From: Eubacteriales bacterium | Lineage (GTDB): Bacteria > Bacillota > Clostridia > Oscillospirales > CAG-272 | NCBI GenBank assembly: GCA_045587785.1 | Contig: JAZNDA010000008.1 | Coordinates: 1-49,644, forward strand | Reading direction: 5' to 3' | Length of the DNA stretch: 49,644 nucleotides | Shown: in pieces, positions 1 through 9,188 of the stretch | How the letters are laid out: every line of letters starts with the position of its first letter | Numbering within the stretch: the first letter of the stretch is position 1 | Position numbers and translations under genes: made by a program | The notes under the pieces: generated by a model | Seen by the model: only the letters and a program-made list of their open reading frames with translations | What the model was told of the DNA's origin: nothing | Databases searched by the model: none

Positions 1-711
1 GCGGCTGACGGCCCCACCTCTATCGTGGTTGCCAATAAGCTTGGCTCAAGCTACGTCGGTGCGATCACGGTTGCGGCATACTCGTATATGGCACTCGTAC
101 CCATCATCCAGCCGCCTGTGATCAAGCTTCTTACCACCAAGAAGGAACGTATGATCCGTATGTCTTATAAGCAGACCGACGTTTCCAAGACCACCAAGAT
201 CCTGTTCCCCATCATCATTTCCATCGTAGCATGTCTGTTTGCCCCCGGCGCAGGCTCGCTGATCGGCTTCTTGATGTTCGGTAACCTTATCCGTGAGTGC
301 GGCGTTTTGGATGCACTGTCCGAGACCGCGCAAAAGGTTCTTGCTAACCTTGTCACCATCTTCCTTGGTATCACCATTGCCTTTAATATGTCTGCCGACC
401 AGTTCCTGAACCCCCAGACACTTCTTATCATGGGTCTTGGTCTGATCGCATTCACCGTGGATACCGCGGGCGGTGTTCTGTTCGCTAAGCTCTATAACGT
501 GTTCGCAAAACTATTCCGCGCGGAGCTTATCAACCCCATGATCGGCGCGGCAGGTATTTCCGCATTCCCCATGTCGGGAAGAATCGTTCACAAGATGGGT
601 ATGAAGGAGGATCCGCAGAACTTCCTTCTCATGCACTCCATCGGTGTCAATGTTTCGGGTCAGATCGCTTCGGTCATTGCGGGCGCACTGGTTCTCGGAT
701 TCTTTATGTAA
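1..711 (+). CDS. Na+-translocating decarboxylase beta subunit (OadB/GcdB/MmdB family), 5' end cut by window edge
   Basis: Frame 1 is open from nt 1 (AADGPTSIVVANKLG...). It is a polytopic membrane protein with family-like segments (GISAFPMSGR, SVIAGALVLGFF). Stop at 709-711. Confidence 0.85.
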   Translation, partial: AADGPTSIVVANKLGSSYVGAITVAAYSYMALVPIIQPPVIKLLTTKKERMIRMSYKQTDVSKTTKILFPIIISIVACLFAPGAGSLIGFLMFGNLIRECGVLDALSETAQKVLANLVTIFLGITIAFNMSADQFLNPQTLLIMGLGLIAFTVDTAGGVLFAKLYNVFAKLFRAELINPMIGAAGISAFPMSGRIVHKMGMKEDPQNFLLMHSIGVNVSGQIASVIAGALVLGFFM

Positions 712-725
712 GGGAGGAATAAAAC

Positions 726-881
726 ATGAACGAAATGTACTTTAACCCAACCGCGTTTGTTGACAATCTCAAATATATGGGAATCGGCATGATCGGCGTT
801 TTCCTTATCATCGGTATTAATGTTCTGGCAACCTCTCTTCTCAAGACGTTTACCAAGAACAAAAAGAATCAAGATCAGTAA
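726..881 (+). CDS. 51-aa single-TM protein, OadG-like small decarboxylase subunit candidate (absent from ORF track)
   Basis: ATG at 726 lies 7 nt after a strong RBS GGGAGGA (712-718). Sequence MNEMYFNPTAFVDNLKYMGIGMIGVFLIIGINVLATSLLKTFTKNKKNQDQ has one hydrophobic helix and a basic tail. A terminator follows directly. Confidence 0.45.
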   Translation: MNEMYFNPTAFVDNLKYMGIGMIGVFLIIGINVLATSLLKTFTKNKKNQDQ

Positions 882-885
882 AAAT

Positions 886-920
886 AAAAAATCAGCCTCA
901 CATTCGTGGGGCTGATTTTT
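886..920. terminator. Bidirectional rho-independent terminator between convergent genes
   Basis: 11-bp stem ATCAGCCTCAC/GTGGGGCTGAT (891-901/906-916), flanked by an A-run (883-890) and a T-run (917-920). Confidence 0.7.
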
Positions 921-1623
921 ATAATGAAAGCACGATTTTTACTTCTTTGTCCGCTTCGATGGTATCTTCGGTCACGTTACAGTCTATTGCCAATATCCGA
1001 ACGCCTTTTTCTCTTGCCTCCCTCAATGTGTCACCAAAGGCTTTATGTGTCAAGTCATTCGGGCGAAGCTCGGCTATTTCCTTCATTTGTATGACAAACA
1101 GAATATAGGCTTTGTACCCTTGTTCCACAGCTGATATCAGTTCTTTGATGTGTTTTACACCGCGCTCTGTGGGCGCATCGGGAAACATGGCAATGCCGTT
1201 TTCTTCCAGTGTCACACCCTTGACCTCCATGAAAGCCTTGACCGTACCATCTTCCACGTAGAAATCAAATCTTGAATTCTCAAAAGTTACTTCCCTGCGT
1301 ATAACGGCATTTTTTGAAAACAATTTACCTTTTTTAAGCCACTGGGCCGCAACGTCGTTGGGAATTTGCGAATCCATGTTAATAAGTATCGGCGGTTTGC
1401 CGTCGCGTTTTTTATATACTGCCACAAGGTCATATTTTGTTTTTCTTGAGGAATGATCGGATTCGTATAAAATCACATCACTTTCGGGGATGAGCAGTTC
1501 CTTGCAACGCCCGGTGTTTTTCACGTGCACAATCTCCTCTTTGCCGTCAAGTAAAACCCTAGCGATAAAGCGATTTGGGCGGCTTATAAACGCCGCGCGT
1601 CTGATTTTGCTGTATTTAATCAT
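919..1623 (-). CDS. sfsA: Sugar fermentation stimulation protein SfsA
   Basis: MIKYSKIRRAAFISRPNRFIARV...VHVKNTGRCKELL...FPDAPTERGVKH is typical SfsA. The start is taken at the internal ATG at 1623 (8-nt overlap with the upstream stop), not the ORF-track start at 1650. Confidence 0.9.
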   Translation of the reverse strand: MIKYSKIRRAAFISRPNRFIARVLLDGKEEIVHVKNTGRCKELLIPESDVILYESDHSSRKTKYDLVAVYKKRDGKPPILINMDSQIPNDVAAQWLKKGKLFSKNAVIRREVTFENSRFDFYVEDGTVKAFMEVKGVTLEENGIAMFPDAPTERGVKHIKELISAVEQGYKAYILFVIQMKEIAELRPNDLTHKAFGDTLREAREKGVRILAIDCNVTEDTIEADKEVKIVLSL

Positions 1624-2092
1624 TACGCGACTGGGAAATAACGGCGTCAATAATCAGCGCCACACTAAGTACGTCAATCTCTCTGACACCAAAACTTATG
1701 TCAATGGCGTACGCATCACCAAAGGTAAACCACTCTCTGTATACCGACGCGATGGTTCTGTCGCCGTCGGTGATTTCATATTCATGTTCCCAAAAATCTC
1801 CGTGAACGCTCCAACCAAAGCCCTCCACACTGTATTCATGCTTAAAAAAAGTAAAGTGCTTTTTGACTTCCGCCACGTCATTACCGCCGATATTTATGTA
1901 GTATTTGGGCAAAAAACTGAAAACCTCTTGATGTATAAATGCCGCTTCATTTCCGCCAAGGTCATACACGTGCAATTTTTTGCCAAATGAAAAAATTTCT
2001 CCCTCAACGTAATACTTGTCGTTTCCATCCTCGTCATAAACGGTAAATTTATCTCCCCAACTGAAAACCTTTTGCTTCAGATACAGTTTCAT
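1616..2092 (-). CDS. LURP-one-related / DUF567 (tubby C-terminal-like) family protein
   Basis: 158 aa. MKLYLKQKVFSWGDKFTVYDEDGNDKYYVEGEIFSFGKKLHVYD... matches the repeated beta-strand pattern of the YxjI/LURP1 family. Confidence 0.7.
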   Translation of the reverse strand: MKLYLKQKVFSWGDKFTVYDEDGNDKYYVEGEIFSFGKKLHVYDLGGNEAAFIHQEVFSFLPKYYINIGGNDVAEVKKHFTFFKHEYSVEGFGWSVHGDFWEHEYEITDGDRTIASVYREWFTFGDAYAIDISFGVREIDVLSVALIIDAVISQSRND

Positions 2093-2180
2093 TTCGGCAC
2101 CTCCTGCGTTTTTTCACAAACAGTTTATCATAAAAGCGTATGATTGTCAACTTTAGGGGGCTGTTTTTTATCCCCATCCC

Positions 2181-2209
2181 TTGACTTGATACAAAAATAG
2201 TGTTATAAT
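2181..2209 (+). promoter_or_regulatory. Sigma-A type promoter for the GHMP kinase gene
   Basis: TTGACT (2181-2186), 17-nt spacer, TGtTATAAT (2201-2209). Confidence 0.6.
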
Positions 2210-2246
2210 ATATTGGTATTTTGTCAGAATAGAAAGGAATAATGAT

Positions 2247-3524
2247 ATGAACTGTTCCGAACTTATAAAAAAATTGCAGAATGGCAGTGTGGATGCCGCA
2301 TTGACCGAGCTGTACGGCGCGGAAAATCTTGATAAACAAAAGGCGCGCTATATTGCCGCAATCGGTGAATTCAAGGCTCTTTACGGCGAGATGGAGGATG
2401 TCGGCATCTACTCGGTATCGGGCAGAAGCGAGCTTTCGGGCAACCACACCGACCACAATCACGGCTGTGTCATAGCCGCCTCTATCGACCTTGATATCGT
2501 TGCTGTCGCCGCAAAGACAGGGGGCAACGTCATTCGTCTCAAGAGCGAGGGCTTTTCCGAGGATACCGTTGACTTTACCGCTTATTCCGCTCCCGACGCA
2601 TCCAAGTTCGGCTCCTCTGCCTCGATCATTGCAGGTATGTGCCAAGGCTTTTTGAAGGACGGCTACAAGATCGGCGGTTTTTGCGCCTATACCACCTCAA
2701 GCGTGCTCAAGGGCTCGGGACTTTCTTCCTCCGCCGCATTTGAGGACATGGTAGGAAATATCCTCAATCATATGTATAACGACGGCAAAGTGCTCAATGT
2801 CGAGATCGCCAAACTGGCACAGTACGCCGAGAACGTCTTCTTCGGCAAGCCCTGCGGTCTGATGGATCAGGTGGCTTGCGCGGCAGGCGGCATCGTGGCT
2901 ATCGACTTTGCCGATACCGCATCCCCCATCATTGACATCATGAAGGTGGATATGAAGGACTACAAGCTTTGTATCGTCAACACGGGCGGCAACCACGCCG
3001 ATCTGACCGACGACTATGCCTCTGTCCCTGCCGAGATGAAAGCCATTGCGGCACACTTCGGTAAGCCCTACCTTCGTGAGCTTACAAAGGATGACGTGAT
3101 CGCCAACATTCCCGCGCTTCGCGAGAAATACGGCGACAGAGCCATTTTGCGCGCCATGCATTTCTTTGCCGAAAACGATCGCGTTGCCGAGCAGAAAAAG
3201 GCTCTCCAGAACGGCGACCTTGATAAATTCTTCGACGGCGTGATCGCTTCGGGACGCTCCTCCTTCTGCTATCTGCAGAACGTCTACACCACCAAAAATG
3301 TAAACGAGCAAGGACTGTCCCTGGCTCTGTGCCTTGCCGAGCAGTATCTTGGCGGCAAAAAAGCGGCATGGAGAGTGCACGGCGGCGGCTTTGCGGGTAC
3401 CATCCAAAGCTTTGTTCCTGCCGCTGAGGTGGAGGGCTACCGCTCTTTGATGGATTCTGCCTTTGGCGAGGGTGCCTGCGTGGTTCTGAAGATCCGCTCC
3501 AAGGGTGCGATCCGCGTACTTTAA
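2247..3524 (+). CDS. Galactokinase-family GHMP sugar kinase
   Basis: GRSELSGNHTDHNHG is a variant of the galactokinase signature, and GSGLSSSAAFE is the GHMP ATP motif. 425 aa. Confidence 0.8.
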   Translation: MNCSELIKKLQNGSVDAALTELYGAENLDKQKARYIAAIGEFKALYGEMEDVGIYSVSGRSELSGNHTDHNHGCVIAASIDLDIVAVAAKTGGNVIRLKSEGFSEDTVDFTAYSAPDASKFGSSASIIAGMCQGFLKDGYKIGGFCAYTTSSVLKGSGLSSSAAFEDMVGNILNHMYNDGKVLNVEIAKLAQYAENVFFGKPCGLMDQVACAAGGIVAIDFADTASPIIDIMKVDMKDYKLCIVNTGGNHADLTDDYASVPAEMKAIAAHFGKPYLRELTKDDVIANIPALREKYGDRAILRAMHFFAENDRVAEQKKALQNGDLDKFFDGVIASGRSSFCYLQNVYTTKNVNEQGLSLALCLAEQYLGGKKAAWRVHGGGFAGTIQSFVPAAEVEGYRSLMDSAFGEGACVVLKIRSKGAIRVL

Positions 3525-3541
3525 GTAAAAGAGATAAAACT

Positions 3542-3574
3542 CGTCAGCCTCGCCTTTGGCGAGGCTGACGTTTG
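3542..3574 (+). terminator. Rho-independent terminator
   Basis: CGTCAGCCTCGCC-TTTG-GCGAGGCTGACG followed by TTTG. Confidence 0.75.
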
Positions 3575-3588
3575 ATTGAAGGAAACAT

Positions 3589-4002
3589 ATGAAACAACAA
3601 TATTCACTGAAGCTCGCACTTTCGCGTTTCAACTTTAAGCTGGTCATTTCTTTGGCTGTCAGCATCATCTTTTTCCTCGGGGTCTTTTTGGTGGTGTGGG
3701 AGCTTGGATATCCCCTTGTCATCAGCCTTATATACGGCGTGATGACACTTGCCGCCGCCCTTTGGTATATCATCTACAACAAGGGCATGATCGGCAAGCT
3801 CCCGAGCGCCGAACAGCTTCCCATGACGTGGGACAAGCAGACACGTGAAGACTTTCTCGCGGATCTTAAGCAAAGACGCAAGAAAAGCAAACGCGCCATG
3901 CTTATCATCGTCCCCATGATCTTTACCTTTTGCTACAAGATACTCGACTTGTATCTGTTCCCCGACTTTTCGCTGACCGCACTTTTTGAATCACTCTTTT
4001 AA
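3589..4002 (+). CDS. Hypothetical membrane protein (3 predicted TM helices)
   Basis: ORF with an RBS-like GAAGGAAACATATG context and hydrophobic segments. No family recognised. Confidence 0.5.
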   Translation: MKQQYSLKLALSRFNFKLVISLAVSIIFFLGVFLVVWELGYPLVISLIYGVMTLAAALWYIIYNKGMIGKLPSAEQLPMTWDKQTREDFLADLKQRRKKSKRAMLIIVPMIFTFCYKILDLYLFPDFSLTALFESLF

Positions 4003-4016
4003 AAGGAAAACTATAC

Positions 4017-4817
4017 ATGCAAATTTGTTCTCTTTATTCGGGCTCTAAGGGAAACAGTATGTTTCTGAGGCTGTCGGGCGTACCCATCCTTGTGGACGCG
4101 GGCAAAAGCGCACGCGCGCTCTGCCGTTCGCTGTCCGATATCGGGCAAAGCATTGACGATATCCGCGCTGTGTTTCTGACACACGAGCATACCGATCATA
4201 TTTCGGCGCTTTCCACGCTGGTCGGCAAGCATCCGCTCCCCATACATATTCCCGAAGGCTCCCTGCCTCGCTTTCCCGATGCCGATATGCCTGCGGTCGC
4301 CGCTTGTCTGAAGCCACATCCGCTTCTGTATACCGAACAGCTGGAGTCGCTGACCGTCCGTTCTTTCAGAACCTCGCATGACAGCCTTGCCAGTGTTGGC
4401 TTTCGCTTTGACTTTGTCGAAAACGGCATCCCCAAAAGCGTGGGCTACGCCACCGACGTGGGCTATGCGTCGGACGCGGTATGCGAGGGACTTATGGGCT
4501 GTGAAGCAGTGGTTTTGGAATGTAACCACGACGTTGATATGCTGATGGAGGGGCCTTACCCTTACCTACTTAAGCAACGCATCCTTTCAAGGCGCGGACA
4601 CCTTTCCAATTCCGACTGCGCCGCGCTCGCCGTAAAGCTTGCGGAGAGCGGAACAAAGCACATTCTTTTAGCACATCTGAGCGAGACCAACAACACACCG
4701 AGCGCCGCTTATGACGAGGTGTTCGGGGCACTGGCGGGTAGCGGCGTCCACGTGGAGATCGCCTCCCCGTGTGAGCCAACGTGGCTGATAAATGAACGGG
4801 AGGAAACAGCATGCTGA
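4017..4817 (+). CDS. MBL-fold metallo-hydrolase (YycJ/WalJ-like)
   Basis: HEHTDH metal-binding motif (FLTHEHTDHISAL). 266 aa. Overlaps rlmH by 7 nt. Confidence 0.85.
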   Translation: MQICSLYSGSKGNSMFLRLSGVPILVDAGKSARALCRSLSDIGQSIDDIRAVFLTHEHTDHISALSTLVGKHPLPIHIPEGSLPRFPDADMPAVAACLKPHPLLYTEQLESLTVRSFRTSHDSLASVGFRFDFVENGIPKSVGYATDVGYASDAVCEGLMGCEAVVLECNHDVDMLMEGPYPYLLKQRILSRRGHLSNSDCAALAVKLAESGTKHILLAHLSETNNTPSAAYDEVFGALAGSGVHVEIASPCEPTWLINEREETAC

Positions 4818-5290
4818 ATTTCAGGATCGTTTGCGTAGGCAGTCTCAAAGAAAAATATCTGAAAGATGCGGCGGCGGAATACCAAAAACGTCTCGGCAGT
4901 TTTTGTTCTCCTTCCGTCGTGGAGCTGAAAGAATATAAGCTGCCCGAAAATCCCTCCCCCGCCGAGATACAAAATGCGCTTGACGAGGAAGCCGAGCTTA
5001 TCCTCAAAAACTGCTTACCAAAAAGCTATAAGATCGCGCTTTGTGTTGAGGGCAAACAGTTTTCGTCCGAAAAGCTTGCCGAAAAGCTCTCGGACATCGA
5101 ACAAAGTCACGGTGCCCTCACCTTGATTATTGGAAGCTCCCACGGGCTTTCCGACAAGGTAAAAAATGCCGCCGACCTTAAGCTCTCGATCTCCGAGCTG
5201 ACCTTTCCGCATCAGCTGGTGCGCGTGATGCTGCTTGAGATCTTTTATCGGTGCTTCAACATCAACAAGGGCACAAAATATCACAAATAA
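4811..5290 (+). CDS. rlmH: 23S rRNA (pseudouridine1915-N3)-methyltransferase RlmH
   Basis: 159 aa SPOUT-type protein: MLNFRIVCVGSLKEKYLKDAAAEYQKRL...LTLIIGSSHGLS...LSISELTFPHQLVRVMLLEIFYR. Confidence 0.9.
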   Translation: MLNFRIVCVGSLKEKYLKDAAAEYQKRLGSFCSPSVVELKEYKLPENPSPAEIQNALDEEAELILKNCLPKSYKIALCVEGKQFSSEKLAEKLSDIEQSHGALTLIIGSSHGLSDKVKNAADLKLSISELTFPHQLVRVMLLEIFYRCFNINKGTKYHK

Positions 5291-5304
5291 AAGGAATACA
5301 TATT

Positions 5305-6219
5305 ATGAAAAGACAAACCAAGGGAAATATTCTTCTCTTTATCACCACGCTGATCTGGGGCTGTACCTTTGTGGCACAGGATATGGCGATGGAGTTCATA
5401 GGACCGTTTGAATACCAGACCGTGCGCTCCATTATCGGTGCGTTGGTGCTCATCCCCGTTATTCTCGCCACCGATCTTGGAAAAAAGAAAAACGGCACTT
5501 ACGTCCCCATGACAAAACTGCAAACAAGACAACTGCTTACGGGCGGTGTGATATGCGGCTTTTGCCTCTCTGTGGCATCCTGCTTCCAGCAAACGGGAAT
5601 CGCGTACGGCACCTCGGCAGGCAAGGCAGGCTTTATCACCGCCATGTACATTATCTTTGTCCCCATCATCGGGCTGTTTTTCGGAAAGAAAGTGGCGCCC
5701 CACTTCTGGCTTTGTCTGGCACTTGCCGTGGTCGGTCTGTATCTGCTTTGCATCACGGGCGCAGACACGGGCATTTCCCTTGGCGACCTGCTTACGCTGA
5801 TGTGCGCGGTCTCCTTCTCTTTTCAGATCCTTGCCATTGACCATTTTGCACCAATGGTTGACTGTATCAAACTCTCTTGCCTGCAATTTTTTATGTCGGG
5901 CGTGTTTGCATCTATCCCCATGTTTATTTTCGAGGGTCTGAGCTTCGCCAGAATCCACGCCGCCCTCGGACCCATCCTGTTTGCGGGCGTGCTGTCCTGC
6001 GGCGTGGCGTACACCTTGCAGACCATAGGGCAAAAATATACCGAGCCTGCCATCGGCTCGCTGATCATGAGCTTTGAATCCTTCTTTGCCGTGCTTGCGG
6101 AGTCGGTCATGTTCCTGTCGCTCCCTGCCACGCGCGAGATCTTGGGCTGTCTGTTGATGCTGACCGCTATTCTGCTCTCACAGGTTCAATTTAAGAGGAA
6201 ATTAAAGAAAAATGCATAA
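5305..6219 (+). CDS. DMT superfamily (EamA-like) transporter
   Basis: Ten hydrophobic segments arranged as two EamA-like halves. The start is moved to ATG 5305 (MKRQTKGN), after the rlmH stop. Confidence 0.8.
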   Translation: MKRQTKGNILLFITTLIWGCTFVAQDMAMEFIGPFEYQTVRSIIGALVLIPVILATDLGKKKNGTYVPMTKLQTRQLLTGGVICGFCLSVASCFQQTGIAYGTSAGKAGFITAMYIIFVPIIGLFFGKKVAPHFWLCLALAVVGLYLLCITGADTGISLGDLLTLMCAVSFSFQILAIDHFAPMVDCIKLSCLQFFMSGVFASIPMFIFEGLSFARIHAALGPILFAGVLSCGVAYTLQTIGQKYTEPAIGSLIMSFESFFAVLAESVMFLSLPATREILGCLLMLTAILLSQVQFKRKLKKNA

Positions 6220-6221
6220 CG

Positions 6222-6248
6222 AAAAGGCTCCCGATGGGAGCCTTTTTT
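6222..6248. terminator. Bidirectional terminator
   Basis: AAAAGGCTCCC-GAT-GGGAGCCTTTTTT between convergent genes. Confidence 0.75.
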
Positions 6249-6265
6249 CATATATACTTGGGAAA

Positions 6266-6925
6266 TCATAGCTTCCCCGGAAGCTCGTAATGCTCGACGA
6301 TCTTGGCCGCCTCCTTGATCTCCAAAAAGGTATAGCCGTGGCGGACGAGGCCCGAAATGACCTTCTGCCTCTCCTTCTCATCCTTGGGGAGCGTGCGGTA
6401 TTTTTGGCGGATGAGCTTCACGCAAAGCTCCACAAAATCCACCGTCTCCAGATAAGCCATCGCAGTCGCGAACGCCTCGCCGTCATAGCCCTTTTGGTGC
6501 AGGTGCATCATAATGCGCTTCTTGCCCCACAGCTTATTCACACAACACTCCGCTTCTCGCTCGGCGTCGCCATTCTCCTTGATATAGCCGTTTTTCTCCA
6601 TGTACTCGGCAGCCATGGCGGCAACCTCGTCCGAAAAGCCGCGATGTCTGAGCTTGTCAGTCAGCGTTTTGACCGAATTCCTTCCAAACGCCAAAATATC
6701 AAATGCTTTTTTAATGGCGCGATACTGCTCGTCGGCAGACATGATCTCAAAGACGTTCTCCCTTGTGATCTCTGCGGGCGGCAGGGGCAACTCGAGTGCC
6801 TCAAAAATGCCGCGCGGCAGGGTGAATTCCTTACGCTCGCACTTATCCCCCTCGCGGATCTCCACATGGAGAAAGACCTCTTTGCCCTCGTTTATGATCG
6901 CGCCCGATTTCAGTTCAATTATCAT
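6266..6925 (-). CDS. recX: RecX-like recombination regulator
   Basis: Lies immediately downstream of recA with an 11-nt overlap. The C-terminal half shows RecX three-helix repeats ([25 protein letters not shown]..., [12 protein letters not shown]..., [12 protein letters not shown]). Confidence 0.75.
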   Translation of the reverse strand: MIIELKSGAIINEGKEVFLHVEIREGDKCERKEFTLPRGIFEALELPLPPAEITRENVFEIMSADEQYRAIKKAFDILAFGRNSVKTLTDKLRHRGFSDEVAAMAAEYMEKNGYIKENGDAEREAECCVNKLWGKKRIMMHLHQKGYDGEAFATAMAYLETVDFVELCVKLIRQKYRTLPKDEKERQKVISGLVRHGYTFLEIKEAAKIVEHYELPGKL

Positions 6926-8033
6926 CTTGTTCGCCGTTCAGCGCGCGAATGTCAAAATCGTCATCGCCGTCCTCATCCATATCAAAATCGTCATCTTCCA
7001 CGTTCAGATTGGCACTCATCTCTCGGACCTTGGCATTGAGCGTTTCAAACATCTCGGGGTTGCCTTCCACAATCTTTCTGACGTTGTCCTTACCCTGGCA
7101 AAGACGCTCGCCCTCGTACGAGAACCAAGAACCGCTCTTTTTGATCAGATCGAGAGCAATGGCGATATCCACCACCTCACCGATCCTTGATATGCCCTTA
7201 CCGTAGAGAATATCAAACTCTGCCACCTTAAAGGGCGGTGCCACCTTGTTTTTAACGATCTTACACTTGACACGGTTTCCGTAAATATCGTTTCCGTTTT
7301 TGAGCTGTTCGGTCTTTCGGATATCAATACGCACCGATGCGTAGAATTTGAGCGCACGACCGCCCGTTGTGGTCTCGGGGTTGCCGTATATGACACCCAC
7401 CTTCTCACGAAGCTGGTTAATGAAAATCACGATGGCGTTGCTCTTGGAGATGACTGCCGACAGCTTTCTCATTGCCTGCGACATCAAACGAGCCTGCGCG
7501 CCGACCTGCGACGAGCCCATATCTCCCTCCAGCTCTTGTCTTGGAACCAGTGCCGCCACCGAGTCGATAACCACCACGTCGATCGCGCCCGAACGCACAA
7601 GCGCCTCGGTGATCTCCAGTGCATCCTCGCCGCAATCGGGCTGGGAAACCAGAAGATTATCAATATCCACGCCCAGCGCCTTGGCATACACGGGGTCAAG
7701 CGCGTGCTCCGCGCCGATAAACGCCGCCTCGCCGCCTGCCTTTTGAACCTCGGCTACGATATGAAGTGCCACGGTGGTCTTACCCGAGGACTCGGGGCCA
7801 AAGATCTCAATGATCCTTCCTCTCGGAACGCCGCCGATGCCAAGAGCCAGATCCAGTGCGATCGAGCCTGTGGACACCGCCTGCACTGCCATATGGGTGT
7901 TGGCGCCCAGCTTCATCACTGTTCCTTCTCCGTAATTGCGCTCAAGCTGCGCGATCGCGGTATCCAGTGCCTTGAGCTTGGCTTGCTTATCGTCTGTAAC
8001 AAGAACTGTCTTGGGTGCTTTTTTGGTTGCCAT
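6915..8033 (-). CDS. recA: Recombinase RecA
   Basis: [14 protein letters not shown] is the Walker A motif, and the RecA core is conserved throughout. The C-terminal tail is long and acidic. Confidence 0.97.
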   Translation of the reverse strand: MATKKAPKTVLVTDDKQAKLKALDTAIAQLERNYGEGTVMKLGANTHMAVQAVSTGSIALDLALGIGGVPRGRIIEIFGPESSGKTTVALHIVAEVQKAGGEAAFIGAEHALDPVYAKALGVDIDNLLVSQPDCGEDALEITEALVRSGAIDVVVIDSVAALVPRQELEGDMGSSQVGAQARLMSQAMRKLSAVISKSNAIVIFINQLREKVGVIYGNPETTTGGRALKFYASVRIDIRKTEQLKNGNDIYGNRVKCKIVKNKVAPPFKVAEFDILYGKGISRIGEVVDIAIALDLIKKSGSWFSYEGERLCQGKDNVRKIVEGNPEMFETLNAKVREMSANLNVEDDDFDMDEDGDDDFDIRALNGEQDDN

Positions 8034-8082
8034 ATCTTATTTTCCTTTCCAAAATTCAGCATTGCATAACTTTGATGATATG

Positions 8083-8111
8083 ATTATACCTCACTTTTTT
8101 CTGTTTGTCAA
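8083..8111 (-). promoter_or_regulatory. Candidate recA promoter
   Basis: Minus strand reads TTGACA (8111-8106), 17-nt spacer, TATAAT (8088-8083), about 45 nt upstream of the recA ATG. Confidence 0.55.
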
Positions 8112-8358
8112 TAGTTTTTTGTGTTATTTTTTCTTAAAAAGGAAAATTTTATTTGTTTTTTCTCAAAACTGATAAAATTTGTTCCCCTTTTAGAACTTGT
8201 TCGACAAAATGTAAATTATTCTTAAATCGGAATATTTTCGAGCATTTCCAAACATCATTTTCCAAAACAGAAACAAATTTGGTGTTCTACCCTCCTGAGC
8301 ACAACGCCGTTTTGCAAGTTTTTCAGTTCTTTAGTTCCTCTTAACTGCGGATTGGATA

Positions 8359-8387
8359 GAAAAAAGCACGCTTATGCGTGCTTTTTT
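8359..8387. terminator. Terminator downstream of tRNA-Arg
   Basis: A-run, GCACGC-TTAT-GCGTGC, T-run. Confidence 0.7.
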
Positions 8388-8388
8388 C

Positions 8389-8463
8389 TGGCACCCGCAA
8401 CAGGAATCGAACCTGTAACTACCCCTTAGGAGGGGGCTATTATATCCATTTAACTATGCAGGC
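8389..8463 (-). tRNA. tRNA-Arg (anticodon CCU), CCA-encoded
   Basis: The reverse complement GCCTGCATAGTTAAATGGATATAATAGCCCCCTCCTAAGGGGTAGTTACAGGTTCGATTCCTGTTGCGGGTGCCA folds as a cloverleaf. Acceptor stem GCCTGCA/TGCGGGT, anticodon loop CUCCUAA, T-arm ACAGG-TTCGATT-CCTGT. Confidence 0.9.
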
Positions 8464-8522
8464 TTATTATTCAATTTTTGATTTTTCCGACTGCGGCATA
8501 TGCCGCAGTCAGAATTAGTTCT

Positions 8523-8720
8523 CTACGTTATGGAAAACAAAACGATGATCTTCCGAAGAATACAGTCATCCTTCGCAGTCTTCACCAAGCGCGTGCCGCC
8601 GATATGACCGTCACCGTAAGGCTCAACGGAAACAATATCACCCTCAAGACAGAATTTCTCGGCTTCAGTCATTCGCAGTGGGTGCCCCCTTGGCTTCAAA
8701 TTATGTGCCTTCCACTCCAT
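8523..8720 (-). pseudogene. N-terminal remnant of an APH/NahK-like sugar or aminoglycoside kinase
   Basis: MEWKAHNL...FCLEGDIVSVEPYGDGHIGGTRLVKTAKDDCILRK resembles the N-terminal nucleotide-binding strand region (xEPYGDGHINxTYxV) of N-acetylhexosamine-1-kinase-like phosphotransferases. It stops after about 65 aa, whereas the family is about 350 aa. Confidence 0.45.
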
Positions 8721-8866
8721 ATTAGTATAACACATTTTTCCAAAATGTCAATCCCTTAAAATTGACAAGACGTTATTTTTTTCACAAAATCTTCCACCGT
8801 TTTGCTATTTTTTCAGATTCTTGCAAAAATCCGACAATTCCACGACGGTTAATTTTTTAAAAACAC

Positions 8867-8895
8867 TTGACAACCCGAAAAAAATGTGATAGAAT
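8867..8895 (+). promoter_or_regulatory. Sigma-A promoter of the Leu T-box operon
   Basis: TTGACA (8867-8872), 17-nt spacer, TGaTAGAAT (8887-8895). Confidence 0.65.
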
Positions 8896-8915
8896 ATAAA
8901 ATCATTATGAAAAAA

Positions 8916-9170
8916 GGCTGTGAAGGAATTAAGTCCAATCCCTCTTCGGCATAGAGAACCGTCGGTTGGTGTAAGACGGTGCGAACGGATCCGGTCTGTC
9001 TCACTCCCGAGCTGAACCGCAGAAATCAGTAAGCGGTTACGGTTGGCACCGTTATTCTGCCGAGGATTTGTCAGAATCCTTAAGAGGTGATTGCCATGGG
9101 GCAATAACCGGGGTGGTACCGCGAAAGTATTTTCGTTCCCGAAACAGCTGGGCTGTTTCGGGGATTTTTT
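8916..9170 (+). promoter_or_regulatory. T-box leader, specifier CUC (Leu) at 9000-9002
   Basis: Stem I: base GGC/GCU, a 6-nt GA-motif bulge, AG bulge AGAGA (8953-8957), and distal hairpin ACCGTC-GGTTGGTGTAA-GACGGT. Specifier loop reads ...UGU-CUC-A then CUCC-CGA-GCU. T-box core GGTGGTACCGCG at 9112-9123. Terminator CCCGAAACAGC-TGG-GCTGTTTCGGG plus T6 at 9138-9170. Confidence 0.9.
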
Positions 9171-9188
9171 ATTCGAAAGGAGAACAAC

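Noticed and set aside
8193-8202. Palindrome GAACTTGTTC upstream of recA as a LexA (Cheo) box
   Set aside because: The half-sites are separated by 2 nt rather than the 4 nt of GAAC-N4-GTTC. The site also lies about 85 nt upstream of the predicted recA -35 rather than overlapping the promoter.
8153-8344. 63-aa ORF in the AT-rich recA upstream spacer. The 93-aa plus-strand ORF at 8478-8759 is treated the same way.
   Set aside because: No RBS, Phe/Asn/Lys-rich composition that reflects AT-rich non-coding DNA, and overlap with promoter, terminator and remnant features.
8489-8510. Perfect 22-bp palindrome as a rho-independent terminator
   Set aside because: The T-run precedes it on the plus strand, and an A-run follows it on the minus strand. 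Neither orientation has the hairpin-then-U-tract order.
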